From Felis catus (Eukaryota), in contig NC_058368.1 of NCBI RefSeq assembly GCF_018350175.1, forward strand, positions 130,016,001 to 130,080,000: a stretch of 64,000 nucleotides of DNA, in the 5' to 3' direction. Within the stretch, counting starts at the first letter, position 1; each line of letters starts with the position of its first letter. Below, one piece after another: positions 34,971 to 47,370 of the stretch. The position numbers and the translations under genes were made by a program. The notes below the pieces were generated by a model. It made no database searches, was not told where the DNA came from, and worked only from the letters and a program-made list of their open reading frames with translations.

Positions 34971-36084
34971 ACGCAGAGAAGGATAAATCAGGATCCGTAC
35001 GCTTCCTGTCTTCTCATCGCTGCAGACAGCAAACACCACAGGATAAAATATTATCGAAGCAAGGCGGGAGGAAATCAGGAATGATTGGAACCAGGCACCG
35101 ACACTCCCTCACAGGTGGTGGGGCTTTGCGTGTTACGTAAGGAAAATGGTGTTGCATACAAGGTATTTTTTTGGGGCTGTACTTGAGACAGAGTATGAAG
35201 TGTGCCCTCCTTCCTTCATGACCAGCTCCTTCAAATCTCTGAGACCAAAGACCCCACAGATGATTAGGTGAGGACAGCAGTGGATCAAACCAGGGAGCAG
35301 CCTGGAGAAGGTGCCCGAGTTTGTGGGTGGCCCGTGGGTCCCCTCCTGTCGCAGCCTCTCCTAGAAAGAGAAGTGAGCTTCCTGGAGGACAGAGGTCAAG
35401 TGTGTGGGAGGGGCTCTTTCCCACCCCCTACCAAGAGCAGAACCTGGGGAATTCTCTCCTGAGGCTCAGGTGATTCTGGAAGCAAGGGGGCTAACTGTCT
35501 TTTGTTGGAGGTCGGGTAAGGCCAGGAGCAAACTTGAACCACTGATCAAATAAGTGACTCTCACCTTCCCCCCGGCAGCCGTTGCTGCCCAGTGATGGGC
35601 AGAGGCAGGACCTTCTGGTGATTTGAGGTGGACCGGAGGAGGGAAGTGGTAACGTAGAGTTTGACCCAAGGGAGCACTTTCGGCTGGAAATGCAGCCATA
35701 GCAAAAGTACCCCAATTTGAATATTTACCCAAGAAGGACTACATTTTCAAACAGTCACTACAAAAAATACCATTGTGTTTGAATTTCCTGGATTGGGACA
35801 AATTTCATTTTCCCATTGCTGAGTGGGCGCAGGGCTCCCTTTTTAAGGAAAGACCGCACAGTTAAATAAAAGAAGTTTCATGTTGGCCCATGGAAGATTT
35901 GACAATGTCAGTTTATATGCACCACACGTGCTTTAACACATTTGTCTCCACAGCCCAGGGAGGGAGGGCCATGTGGTGGGAGACAAGAGTAGGTGGGGTA
36001 GCTTACCTCTTGAAATTTCAGGTAGGTTTCTCTGGGGACCACTTGTTACAGAACATGTTCACAAGGGGAGACCATCAGAAATAG

Positions 36085-36089
<5 letters not shown>

Positions 36090-36127
<38 letters not shown>
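36090..36127. repeat. (CA)n microsatellite
   Basis: Directly visible. Confidence 0.97.
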
Positions 36128-36130
<3 letters not shown>

Positions 36131-36323
36131 GGGTTGCTAAAAAGAAAGATTAAGCTGTGTATGAGGATTAAAAAGGCTGAAGCTGGTGGCTTGTGTTTTA
36201 GAAAGCTTGTGTTTTAGAAAGGTTGGTCAGGGACAGCTAGTGATATTTAAGCAAATATCTGAGTGAAGGGAGGCACGGCTAAATACTGTTTGAAATGGGT
36301 AATGAAATTGGGGTGAATTTTTT

Positions 36324-36688
36324 GTGTTATGGACTGAATGCTTGTGTTCTCCCCCAATGTGGGTGTTGGAGCCCCGCCCCCCACAATGCGGGGTATTTGG
36401 AGGTGGAGCCTTTGGAACATAATTAGGTTTAGATGAGGTTGAAGGCGGGAGCCCCTCAGGAGGGAAGTCGTGCCTTTATAAGAGACCCAGAGCTCTTTCT
36501 TGCTCTCTCTTGTGAGGACACAAGGAGGCAGCTGTCTACAGGCCAGGATGAGGTCTCTCACTGGAACTGAATCTGCCGGCATTTTGATCTGGGACTTCCC
36601 AGCCTCCAGACAGTGAGAAATAAATATGTGTTGTTCAAGCCACCCAGTCTGTAGTATTTTGTTACGGCAACCCAAGCTCACTAATATA
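36324..36688 (+). mobile_element. MLT1A-like MaLR LTR
   Basis: tgttatggactgaatg...gtatttggaggtggagcctttgg...gacttcccagcctccagacagtgagaaataaatatgtgttgttcaagccacccagtctgtagtattttgtta. Confidence 0.9.
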
Positions 36689-37420
36689 GTTTGACTTTTG
36701 TCTTGTTGAGTTAATGTCTGCTCTTACTCATTTCAGAACGTGTTGGAGATAAGCTCAAGAAATTATCCCTACAGGTCTGGAAGGCCATCTCCCTAGCTCC
36801 AGGAAGATAGATGGTAGCCGGGACATGAGTCAGAGAGGTAGTCATATGGGGAAAGGTAAGAAGTATACGATGCCCTCCCTCCCTTAGTTGGCATATAGGT
36901 AGGCCACTGACCAACTGCAGCGACCAACTCACTATAGGCCAAAGCAAGTTACGAAGATTATGGAGATTATGAAATTATTCATATCTATGCCAGGGCGACA
37001 GCTAGGAGCCAGGACTGTTGGGGAAAATTGGAATTCTGGCTATGCTAGTTTATAGTTCCTGGTTCCATGATAGATGGTCCTAATCCAGCCCTGGCTCTTC
37101 TGTCACAAGTTCCCCAGGGGCAAAGTTACCGTTGCTTCAGACTTGGGCGGCAGGCTGGCGATAGGTAAGACCTGTATTTAGGTTTAGGGGAAAGCACAGT
37201 CTTTCTTAGGCCTCATTCCTAGATGTCAAGTGATAAAATGAATATTTGGAAAAAAAGGTATTTTGCCTTTGTTACTTATAGATGTACTTCTCTGAGGGGA
37301 TTTACAGTTCAGGGTGGAAGAGTTTTGGGGCAGGGTCCTCACATTCCCACAACCCATGCTTTTACTTCATCTTGATACCATTCAGAGCACTGGAGTGTAG
37401 CTGTTAAGAATGACAGCTCA

Positions 37421-37635
37421 GGGGCGCCTGGGTGGCTCAGTCGGTTAAGCGTCTGACTTTGGCTCAGGTCATGATCTCGCAGTCCGTGGGTTCGAGCCCC
37501 GCGTCGGGCTTTGTGCTGACAGCTCACAGCCTGGAGACTGTTTCAGATTCTATGTCTCCCTCTCTCTCTGACCCTCCCCTGTTCATGCTCTGTCTCTCTC
37601 TGTCTCAAAAATAAATAAATGTTAAAAAAAAGAAA
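37421..37635 (+). mobile_element. Can-SINE (first of a tandem pair)
   Basis: Flanked by aagaatgacagctca at 37406 and 37636. Confidence 0.95.
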
Positions 37636-37650
37636 AAGAATGACAGCTCA

Positions 37651-37876
37651 GGGATGCCTGGGTGGCTCAGTCGGTTAAGCGTCCAACTTTGGTTCAGGTC
37701 ATGATTTCACAGTCTGTGGGTTCGAGCTCCGCATCGGGCTCTGTGCTGACAGCTCAGAGCCTGGAGCCTGCTTCGGATTCTGTGTCTCCCTCTATCTCTG
37801 CCCCTCCCCCACTCGCACTCTGTCTCTCTCTGTCTCAAAAATAAACATTAAAAAAAAAATTAAAAAAAAAAAAAAA
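37651..37876 (+). mobile_element. Can-SINE (second of a tandem pair)
   Basis: Flanked by aagaatgacagctc at 37636 and 37877. Confidence 0.95.
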
Positions 37877-37889
37877 AAGAATGACAGCT

Positions 37890-38075
37890 CGGCCACCAAA
37901 CTGCTCAGGTTGGAAACATGGCTCTGTCACCTTCTAGTTGTATGACATTGGGCAAGTTACTGAACTTCCTGTGCCTTTGTTGCCTAAACATATTTTAGAA
38001 CACTATCTTCCTCATAAGGGTGCACAAAGGTTAAATGAGTCCATTCATGGACAGGACTTATGCAACGCCTGACGT
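37890..38075 (+). mobile_element. MIR (host of the tandem SINEs)
   Basis: ggctctgtcaccttctagttgtatgacattgggcaagttactgaacttcctgtgcct...cctcataagg...ggttaaatgag. Confidence 0.75.
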
Positions 38076-38088
38076 ATATTGAACTCCA

Positions 38089-38295
38089 GGGGTACCTGGG
38101 TGGCTCAGTTGGTTAAGCATCTGACTCTTGATTTCAGCTCAGGTCATGTTTCACAGTTCGTTAAGTTCGAGCCCTGCATTGGACTCCGTACTGACAATGC
38201 AGATCCCGCTTGGGATTCTCCCTTTCTCCCCCTCTCTCTGCCCCTCCCCTACTTGTGCTCTCTCTCTCTCTCTCTGAAAATAAATAAGTTTTAAA
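38089..38295 (+). mobile_element. Can-SINE (older)
   Basis: ggggtacctgggtggctcag head, CT tract, A tail. Confidence 0.92.
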
Positions 38296-38949
38296 AATGC
38301 TCCACAAATATTGGCTCTTACAATTATTATAATTAACATAACAATATTAATAACATGTTTTAAGAGCTAAATCTCTAACAGATTATTGTCTTCCTTCAGG
38401 GATAGGGAGTCTGAGTGCAAGCGTGGGTTGTTGTGGCCAGAGAAAATGGAAAAGATCTGAGCCAGGTCATGGAATATGGGCCAAGGTAGATGGCTGAACA
38501 GGAGGAGCTAAAGGAAGCCAGGCGGGGAAGAGTCCGTCCGTGGAGTCAGGAGGTTGCTTAATGTGGTCTGGGCACAGCCGTGAGACCAGTTCCACTGGAG
38601 ATGGTGGATTGAGCTGGAGGACAGTGGGCAAGAGGGCATCCTATGGTGAGGATTATGGGACAGAAACCACAGAGAGGGCCTCCTACAGCTAACTTTCCCT
38701 CCTGGCTGCCTGATGCCTCCCTGTATCCAAAAATAGTTGGATATTTTCCCAGCAGGTGTGAGCAAAGGGCTGCCTGGGGCTTTGGGAGTCCATGCCAGCT
38801 CTCCCTTTGGTGAGGCACAGCCTTTGAGTTAAGGCTCTTGCATGCTGGACAGGTACAGAGAATCCGAGAGTCCCTTCCTGTCTGGGGGCCATGCCACCTC
38901 CCTGGCTGAGATAAGTTTCTTTGAGCCTCTTTGAGCTACTGTTTCTCCA

Positions 38950-39420
38950 TTGGTTGAGACTCTCTTGGTTTTGAGGATTCAACGCAATTCAACCTGGCTT
39001 AAGAAAAATGGGAGTTCATTGATTAGTTTAACTTTGTTAGGAGATGTTGGCTTCAGGTATAGTCTGATCCAAGGGCTCAGACAGTGTTGTGAGGATCTGC
39101 TTTCCTGCCACTTCTTGACTGTTTTCTGTAGTGTTGGCTTCCAGGGCAGTCCCATGTATGTGTTATCTTACTTATGGCAATTCCAGTAGAAAAGACACAA
39201 GATCCTTTTTTCTTGCTGCCCAGCAGAGGTCTTGTCATATCTCATTGGTTCTTATTAGGTCCCAGACTCAACCCCGAACCAGCCACTGGGGCCAATGAAC
39301 GTAGTGTTCTGAGTCTTCAAGCCTCCATTTAGAACTGGGGCTAAAATCATGAGGATGTGGACTGAATGCAGGGGAGGAAATTGCCAGAAGAAGGGCAAAA
39401 CCAACAAAAAACAAATAAAA
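38950..39420 (-). mobile_element. Old MLT1 (J/K-like) LTR
   Basis: gagactctcttggtt...ctggcttaagaaaaatggg...ggcttcaggtatagtctgatccaagggctcaga...ctcattggttc. Confidence 0.6.
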
Positions 39421-40132
39421 GTAGCTTCTTTGTACTGAGCCAACAAAGTGATTGGTAGACATGAGATTTGTGTGTCTGGAATACAGACCCAAGTGATGTT
39501 TAGTCTTAGCTGTATGGGAACAGCTTTCTTCTTACTTGCTCTAGCATTCCTCAGACTTTGCCAAGCGGGCCCTGCTCACGCTGCAGTTAGTGTATTTTTA
39601 AGCCCGACCACTTATGGCCCTCACCCTTAAAACACGGTATGCCAGCTTCATTTTTCTAATTGAAATTATGTGACATTTACTCTCCTTTCTTGTTCCTTTG
39701 ACCTTGCATTCTCCAGTGTTTCCCTCCTGTTGTGCTACTGGCTGAACAGAAAGCTGTTCTCCGATGACCCAGGCCTGTCATCTCGTCTTATCCCAACTTG
39801 ACTGATGTTTGAGGATACAGCTTTAAGATATTTCCTCATTTGGCCTACCTGGAGCTGGAAGGCTGAACTGGTAGATAAACTTCCGTGATCTATGAATAAG
39901 CTCTGTGATGAAGGGGACCTGTGTCATTTAATTCGTAAATCTTGCAGAGGCGTTTGGGCATTTCTAAGGAGGACTAAAGCTGCCACGATGTAAGTGCTGT
40001 GAATTAATTCTGTTATAAATGTTACAAAATGGTATACAAACAGATAAGTAAAGGGCTAGCCAATGGAGAGCTGTCACAGCCAGGCCAGCGTGCCTGGACT
40101 TGGGTCCTTTTCCACTGGGGAGCCCTTGACTT

Positions 40133-40244
40133 TCTTTTTTCAGATTTTATTTTTAAGTAATCTCTATATCCAACATGCGGCTCAAACTTATAGTCCTAAG
40201 ATCAAGAGTTGCATGCTCCACCAACTGAGCCAGCCAGGCATCCC
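40133..40244 (-). mobile_element. Short Can-SINE (SINEC_old-like)
   Basis: agattttatttttaagtaatctcta...aagatcaagagttgcatgctccaccaactgagccagccaggcatccc. Confidence 0.88.
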
Positions 40245-41139
40245 GACTATTTCTGGATAGGAGGGAGACACCCCCTCCTCATGACCACCGTGCATTGAAC
40301 ACATCCTAAGTGTCCAGCCCATATATATCTCCTTTACATATGTGATTCTATTTTATGGCTGCAATAATTCTGCGAGAAGAGAATCCCCTTCTCAAATGGC
40401 ACCTCCTCACCTGAAAGCACACCTTATTCCTGGCAGGAATCCCTAAAAACATAAAGGACATACAGAAAAGCAACCATCCAACCTAACTCAGTGCACCGTG
40501 GGACGTGGGCGGCTGGCGTGGTCCTTTCATTAATGGAAGCAGCCTTGAGGGAGGAGTTCATCACTCCCTGTTTGGCAGGGCAGCTGAGGAAGACATCATG
40601 CAAGGGTTAAAATAACAGGAAATGATGCAAAACCCTCTCAAATCCCTTCCTTCCCCCATACTTGCCTCTTGCTTGTCCAGAGTGCAGATATCTGAACCCC
40701 TGCATTTGCATTCCTTCCTCTTGGCTGACAGTCCCTCTCTCTGTCACTGATTTCTGTTTATGTCGTATCCCTTTTACCCAGTCTTCACATGCTCACTCCC
40801 TTCCTCTGCAATGGCCCTTTCCATCATGGAATGGCTGCTTTGACTTGTTCCGCTGTCCCCCAGCCCATTCACTTTGTGCACATCTGCATCACTTTATCTG
40901 TTTGTCTTTCAGTGCACATTTAGTGGCCTTTGCGTGACATCCTCCCTTGTTTTTTTGTTCTTTCTTTTTTTTTTTATATCCTCTTGTCTGTTTTGACTGA
41001 TTTGTTCCCCAGTGAATTCGCACTTTCCGTGCTGCTTATCTAGCATTGTCCAACTTTCATTTCCGTCAAGGACAGCCACTGTGTACCTGAGCTGCATACT
41101 TGGATTTTGGTCTTTTATTTCTCCTTTGTGCCTTCCTGT

Positions 41140-41345
41140 GTTCAAACTCCAGCTCCACTAAACACTGACACTGTGGCTCTGGCAGAGTTGCTTTACCTCT
41201 CTACCCCCGTGCGTCCTCCTCTGTCAGACAAGGATGTTATCCGTACTTCTTTGTAAGATTCCTATGAAGATTGAAATGAGCTATTTAATATATGAAAGGT
41301 GTTTAGAACATTGAATAGCGCCCAAGAGTCGTCTGATAAGTGTCA
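41140..41345 (+). mobile_element. MIR
   Basis: gttcaaactccagctccacta...tgtggctctggcagagttgctttacctctct...gaagattgaaatgagct. Confidence 0.65.
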
Positions 41346-41943
41346 GTTCATGCTGTTGTGTTGGTGGCCGTCACATTGTTCTCACATTTTGATTCCCTGG
41401 AGTTCCTGAAGAACGGCAAGTGCAGAGGTGGCTCCATGGTGGAGGGACAGAGGGCAAGTTGGATGGTGGCCAGGTGGAGGCATAGTGTGTGTGTGCCATG
41501 TCAGCTTATCGTTCCCTGATGTGCTTTTTGCAGACTGGGGAGGAAAGTTATCTGTCCTTCAAAGACGGTAAGACACCACTCTTGCTCACAGAATAAGCAA
41601 TAAAATAAAAAATAAAGGAGCTTGGTTAAATACAGCCTTGGTAGAAAATTCTTTTAAAACATAATGAAGCTAAAGCAAGCAATGCCTGGTAGGATTGGCA
41701 CTCCATCTGCTTTGTTCTCTTCTGACGCTCCGTCAAGACTCCTAAATGCAGTCTGGATTTTCAAAACATCTGTAATCAGCCAAGCACAGTTTTGAAGCTG
41801 TTTAGCAGTGACATTATAATCTGTATTTCTTGCTACTCAGCTGTGCCTGGCTACCGTGCATCAACCTCCAGAGAGGACACCAGTCACTGCACTCTGTTCA
41901 GATGGTGTCCAACTTTGGGGGGACTTGACAATGCATATGGGCA

Positions 41944-41948
<5 letters not shown>

Positions 41949-41990
<42 letters not shown>

Positions 41991-41992
41991 CA
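41949..41992. repeat. (TG)n(CG)n microsatellite
   Basis: Directly visible. Confidence 0.97.
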
Positions 41993-42257
41993 CACTTTAT
42001 TTTTGTTTCTGGTTATAAAGGTAATAATGATTATTATTGAACCATTGGAAAATAAAAGGAAAAGGGTGTAGAAGCAGCAACAAACACGTATAATCCATTC
42101 AACTGGAAGTAACGGTTCTCAATGTTGTGTATGTGTAAAAGATTTTATTTTTACACACACACACACACACACAGGCACACACACACACCCCCTTATCGCT
42201 CTATATCTGTATATCCTTTTTTTTTCTTTTTTTTTTAATGAAAACCAAACTAGGATT

Positions 42258-42440
42258 GGGGCATCTGGGTGGCTCACTCGGTTAAGCTTCCAACTCTTGG
42301 TTTCAGCTCAGGTCATGATCTCATGCTTTCATGAGTTCAAGCCTCGCATCGAGCTCTGTGCTGGCAGAGCGGAGCCTGCTTGGGATTCTCTCTCTCTCCC
42401 TGTCTCCCTGCCTCTCCCCCACTTGTGCTGTCTCTGTCTC

Positions 42441-42475
<35 letters not shown>

Positions 42476-42483
42476 ACTTAAAA
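42258..42483 (+). mobile_element. Can-SINE with (TAAA)n tail
   Basis: Full structure; TSD ctaggatt on both sides. Confidence 0.92.
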
Positions 42484-42619
42484 AATCTAGGATTATGTTG
42501 TATATACATTTGGGATACTGGGATTTTTTGACAGCATCATATCCTATTTTTTCCTATCCTTATGTATTTCTTACAAATACAGTATTTGACAGTTGCCCTA
42601 ATATTTGTCAGATGAATGT

Positions 42620-43048
42620 TGTCAGTTCAGGCCCTCCAAGAAGCAGATGCCAAGGGAGGACTCAATGTATGGGAGCGTATAAGAGCAGTCCCTGTGAAGG
42701 ACAAAGGGAGAAGGAGCAGGAAAGGCTGGGTGTGAACGGAGAGTGGAAGGAAGGTTTGTGTAGGAAGAACAGCATAGTTCTGAGAAGGTTTTGCCCGGGC
42801 TGGTGGGGAGTCGTACCTGGGCAAAGGTTGCCCGTTGGGCCATTCTTGTATTGGGCCAGCATGGCCTGGATCTAGCACACCCACCATGTTCACTCAGTGG
42901 CTGGGGCAATGGGCAGGAAGCATGGCGTCCACATGAACGCTGATGTGGATCCAAAGGGATGACAGCTGGAGGCTTCTGGTCAACTATGCTACCCCCACAG
43001 GAGATTGTGTTGAAGAAGATCTGAATGGAACAGTTCACTGTCACCGCA
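42620..43048 (-). mobile_element. ERVL-type LTR (LTR33/LTR16-like)
   Basis: tgtcagttcaggccctccaagaagcagatgccaag...cctgtgaaggacaaaggg...gttgaagaagatctga. Confidence 0.6.
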
Positions 43049-43265
43049 GAGGTAGCAAAAATTCTTGAATTAACCCTTTATTGTTAGCTATTTTGACCAT
43101 TCTCATTTGTTGCCGTTATACATTATGAAACAATAAATGTTATTTGACATAAATCTTTGCGTTCTTCATGATAACTTCCTTGCAATTAATTAATATGCAG
43201 ACTTCTGGATGCACATGGTACATTGCAAATACAAGTTTTTCACCTCAGTAAAAAATGCAGAGACC

Positions 43266-43473
43266 GGGGTGCCTGGGTGGTGCAGTCGGTTAAGTGTCCG
43301 ACTTCAGCTCAGGTCATGATCTCACGGTCCGTGAGTTCGAGCCCCGCGTCAGGCTCTGGGCTGATGACTCAGAGCCTGGAGCCTGTTTCCGATTCTGTGT
43401 CTCCCTCTCTCTCTGCCCCTCCCCCGTTCATGCTCTGTCTCTCTCTGTCCCAAAAATAAATAAACGTTGAAAA
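43266..43473 (+). mobile_element. Young Can-SINE (SINEC_Fc)
   Basis: TSD aaaaaatgcagagacc on both sides. Confidence 0.95.
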
Positions 43474-43924
43474 AAAAAATGCAGAGACCAACAAAGTCAA
43501 AAGCTACAAACTTAATCCTAGAGGCAACAATGAATGAGACTTTCACGGACATTTTAGAAGATGGAAAAATATTAAGGTAAATGTTAACAGATCGTTCAAA
43601 GGAAAGAACATCGAAACCTAAGTTGCCTGCAAAGGAGGAGGCCGGTAAACTTGGAAGCCCTGCAAACTTTAGGGATTGGAGGTGTCCCGTGTCTTAGAGG
43701 AGTGTGGGGGCTGAGAGCAGGATTGCTTGGAAGCCTGTATAAGAAGTGGGACCTCTGGATGACCGCCACCATCCCAAGTGACCACTATCATCCAGGAGAT
43801 GGGAGCTTTAATCTCACAGCGGCTGGCGACGTGGGACCTTGGCCTGGGCGGAGGACATGAGCATGATATATAAACACAGAGATTACATGAAGGTCTACAT
43901 ATGGACCCTGGCCCCTTCCTCCAT

Positions 43925-44065
43925 TCCACTTCTGGGCTTCAGTTTTTCCATCTTACTGGAGTTAAGGTAGTAATAGTACTTTACTGTCCAGTGTTGTTTT
44001 AAGGATAAAATACATAAAACATGTTGAACAGTATCTGGCACCTAGTAAGCGCTGTGTACATATCT
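43925..44065 (+). mobile_element. MIR
   Basis: ctgggcttcagtttttccatc...taatagtac...aacagtatctggcacctagtaagcgct. Confidence 0.7.
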
Positions 44066-44099
44066 GCTACCGTTGTTGCCTCCATTGAGCTTTCTCCTT

Positions 44100-45420
44100 T
44101 TGTCCCGTTTATCCGTTTTTCTATTCTCAGGCTTTATCATACTTTTTTAAATCTCGTAAACCTCTGTAATTTGTCTCTTCTTCTTTAGGATGTTTCGCTT
44201 GAAGTTAACTTAAACATGTGGATTAATTTGGAGAGCACTGACCTCTTTACAAGATACGGCCCTCCGCTTTCAGAATGTATATGTCTGCTCACTTATTTAA
44301 ATATTCTGTGTCCTTCAGACATGTTCTTAGTTTTATTATAATTTCTTCATACTTCTCCCTAATTTTGTTCCTAGGCCCTTTGTAGTTGTTGCGAATGCAA
44401 GTGGAAATTTGGATGCCAAAATGTTTTTAAACTAGTAAATACTGATACTTAAGAAGGCTTTACATAATTGTTTTGTAGTGGGCTAACTTAATATTATTAA
44501 ATATTTTTAGTATTTCTAATAGCTTTTTGGTAGATCCTCTTGGTGTTTTATTTAACAGTGTATTCATTCACCAAATATATTTCAAGTTGGTACTAGGAAG
44601 TGGAAACACAGTGGGTAATGTGACTGACACGGTTGCTTCCTTTATGAGCTTACAGTCTGATAGGGAAATCTACAAAGACAGGTAATGATGAGAACAGAAC
44701 TTGTCACCTAAGGCTTCTGGGAATGCCGTGGCAGTGACTACAGTCTTACAGAAATGGAATCAGTAGCAAAAGTTCTACAGTCCTCATAAACCACCTGTGT
44801 TATAGGTGAATTCTGCCAAATATTTGTGGAACATAATTCTAAGCTTGAACCAATTCTTTAAGAGCGCAAAAAGATAAATGTTCCTTAATTCACCTTATAA
44901 AATTAGTATAATCTTGGGATCCAAACTAAAGAAGTCAGATATGAATGAAAATCCAACAGTTTATGATGTAGTATACCTTTATTTGTAGCTAGAGCTTTAA
45001 TGACCTGATTTCATTTAACGTAAAAATGCAAAGATGGTTGAATACTAGAACAGCTATTAATGTTGTTCATTCATCATAATAGGGCACGCGGGTGGCTCAG
45101 TTTGTTGGGTGTCCAACTTAGGTTCAGGTCGTGATCTCACGGTTCGTGAGTTCAAGCCCTGTGTCGGGCTCTGTGCTGACAGCTTGGAGCCTGGAGCCTG
45201 CTTCGGATTCTATGTCTCCCTCTCTCTCAGCCCTCCCCCCGACTCACTCTCTGTCTCTCTCTCTCTCAAAAGTAAATAAATGTTTAAAAAAATTTTTAAA
45301 AATGTCATTCGTCACACTAACAAAAATGAAGACGAGGTGAGAGAGGAAATCTAGTAGAGTCATATCTTAACTTCTACAAATTCAAGTATATGCTTTTCAT
45401 GCCAACAAAAGCAAATGGTC
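44100..45420. mobile_element. Mosaic of very old L1M and L2 fragments
   Basis: Antisense L1-like at about 44100-44540, L2-like at about 44550-44700, sense L1 ORF2-like at about 44770-45420. Confidence 0.45.
45081..45300 (+). mobile_element. Can-SINE (SINEC_Fc2-like)
   Basis: Head, CT tract, A tail. Confidence 0.92.
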
Positions 45421-46072
45421 AAGCAAGACATGCTAGATTTTCTGGAGCTGTGTTCACAGGGGAAAACACATGCAGACAGGAGTAGTAGAAAATGTGTCTG
45501 TCTACTCTTGACCATCTAGGTTGGGCCTGGTGATCTGGCAGGATCAGGCTCGAGAGAGGAAAAAAAGCTGTGGGCTTTTAAGTTCCATGATCAGGGAATC
45601 ACTAGCTCTTCACTGATGTGGTAGGGAGAGCGGCCATGGGCCAAACCTCTTGGAATGTTTGTGGCCAGCTAATAGCAGGATTAGGCACCTCAGCTCCATC
45701 CTGGCAAGATGGTGAACCAAAGTCCAAACCTTGTGCTTGACCAGGATATAGTGCCTCAAGCAGTGGGCCTGAGCCAGTTTTCTCGAGGCTCTGCAGAACA
45801 GCAGCTCTTTTTCTGGGAGGTCAGCCTTCAGAAGCAGTCGTGAAAAAAATAAACCCTTAACTGTCAATACTTTAAGTATAGAAGGAAAATCAAGTAACAA
45901 AAATTGAGAAAGATGTGACTCAGGTAGTCCATATTATATGCCATATATTCTTATATACAATATACCCTTTGTTTTACACACTCATTCTGTACAGGGTTGA
46001 CTATGTCAAATCTTACATTTTTATTTGTAGGTGATTCAGTGAGATTTGCAAGGATTGGGACATACACAGGTT

Positions 46073-46137
46073 TTTCTTTTCTTTTCTTTTCTTTTCTTTT
46101 CTTTTCTTTTCTCTTCTCTTTTCTTCTTTTCTTTTTT
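46073..46137. repeat. (CTTTT)n repeat, probably derived from the SINE tail
   Basis: Directly visible, adjoining an antisense SINE. Confidence 0.9.
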
Positions 46138-46139
46138 TA

Positions 46140-46347
46140 AAAAATATATTTTAATATTTATTCATTTTTGAAAGAGAGAGAGCGAGTGGGGCAGGAGCAG
46201 AGAGAGAGGGATACATAGACTCCAAAGCAGGCTCCAGGTTCCAAGCTGTCAGCACAGAGCCCAACTCGGGGCTCGAACCCATGAGCTGTGAGATCATTAC
46301 CTGAGCTGAAGTCGGACGTCTAAGCGACTGAGCCACGCAGGCACCCC
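46140..46347 (-). mobile_element. Can-SINE (SINEC_Fc2-like)
   Basis: Full structure. Confidence 0.92.
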
Positions 46348-46956
46348 TGAAGATTTTTCTTTTAAGCGCTGATTTTAGAACCCAATTACCCATATGAGTT
46401 AAGCCACTAAAAATTATTTTTCTCTAAAGGAGTTCCTCTACAGACAATACATAAAAGCACTTAAAAAATTACTTGGAACAAACAAGCATAAAAAATTATG
46501 GCTGGATATCAAAGGCTCTCAAGTCAGAGGCATGCATTCCAGGTCAGACACGATGGTGCTGGATCACAGCAATGTACGGGCACAAGAGGATGGAGATGTG
46601 CCATGTAGAGTAAGAGTGCCAAGTGGTTTCCTAATGAGGAGGAATTAAAACTAATATGAAATGTTATTCTTTGTGGTTAAATGTGTGTAGTAAATAGGCA
46701 GTGTGCTTAATACAGGGGGAAAGTCCAGTCATTCTCAACATTTTAATTTCCTTATAAAAGGGTGAGTTGAAGAACCATTTGATACATTGTTATAGGAATT
46801 GGACAGACTTTAAATGATTTTATGAGAGTCAGAATTCTAGGTTCAATTTAGCAATGTTTTATCAAATACCTTCCCATGTTCTAAACTTGAACATGAGTTA
46901 GCGACTATCCTAACTAATATCAGATAGATGTACAAGCATTTCTATTTATAGATGTT

Positions 46957-47370
46957 TGTATAGTTAGGATAGGCTAATAATCTAGTGTCAGATAAGCCAC
47001 AAAATGTAGAATGGCTCCTTCCTGCTCATGAAACAGTTTGGAGTGGGATTCCAAGCTGGCAGAAGGCTCCCCTCCATGAAGTAATTTGGGGATCCAACAT
47101 CCTTTCATCTTGTGGCTCCTTTGTTCCCTAGGACCTTGTCATCTTTTACAACTAGTGGGAAGAAGGAGAAAGGGAAAGCATGAAGACACCATTACTGAAA
47201 AGCCTTGGCCTACAGATGCCATATCACCTCCACTCATGTACCATTTGCTATAACTCTGTCACATGACCACAACTAATTGTCACGGAGGCTAGGAAGCATA
47301 GTCAAGTTGTGTGCCCAGGAAGAGGAGGAGGATGTGGATTTTAGGGACTAGCTAGCAGTCTCTGCTACAG
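46957..47370 (-). mobile_element. Old MLT1 (H/I/J-like) LTR
   Basis: gttaggataggcta...tttcatcttgtggctc...gtcacatgaccacaactaa...gaggctaggaagcatagtc...gcagtctctgctaca. Confidence 0.7.

Noticed and set aside
32179..35732. Cluster of overlapping 100-154 aa ORFs
   Set aside because: Explained by elevated GC (fewer stop codons); no splice structure or homology recognised.
37406..37890. Regularly spaced direct repeats resembling a CRISPR-like array
   Set aside because: They are target-site duplications around SINEs in a mammalian genome.
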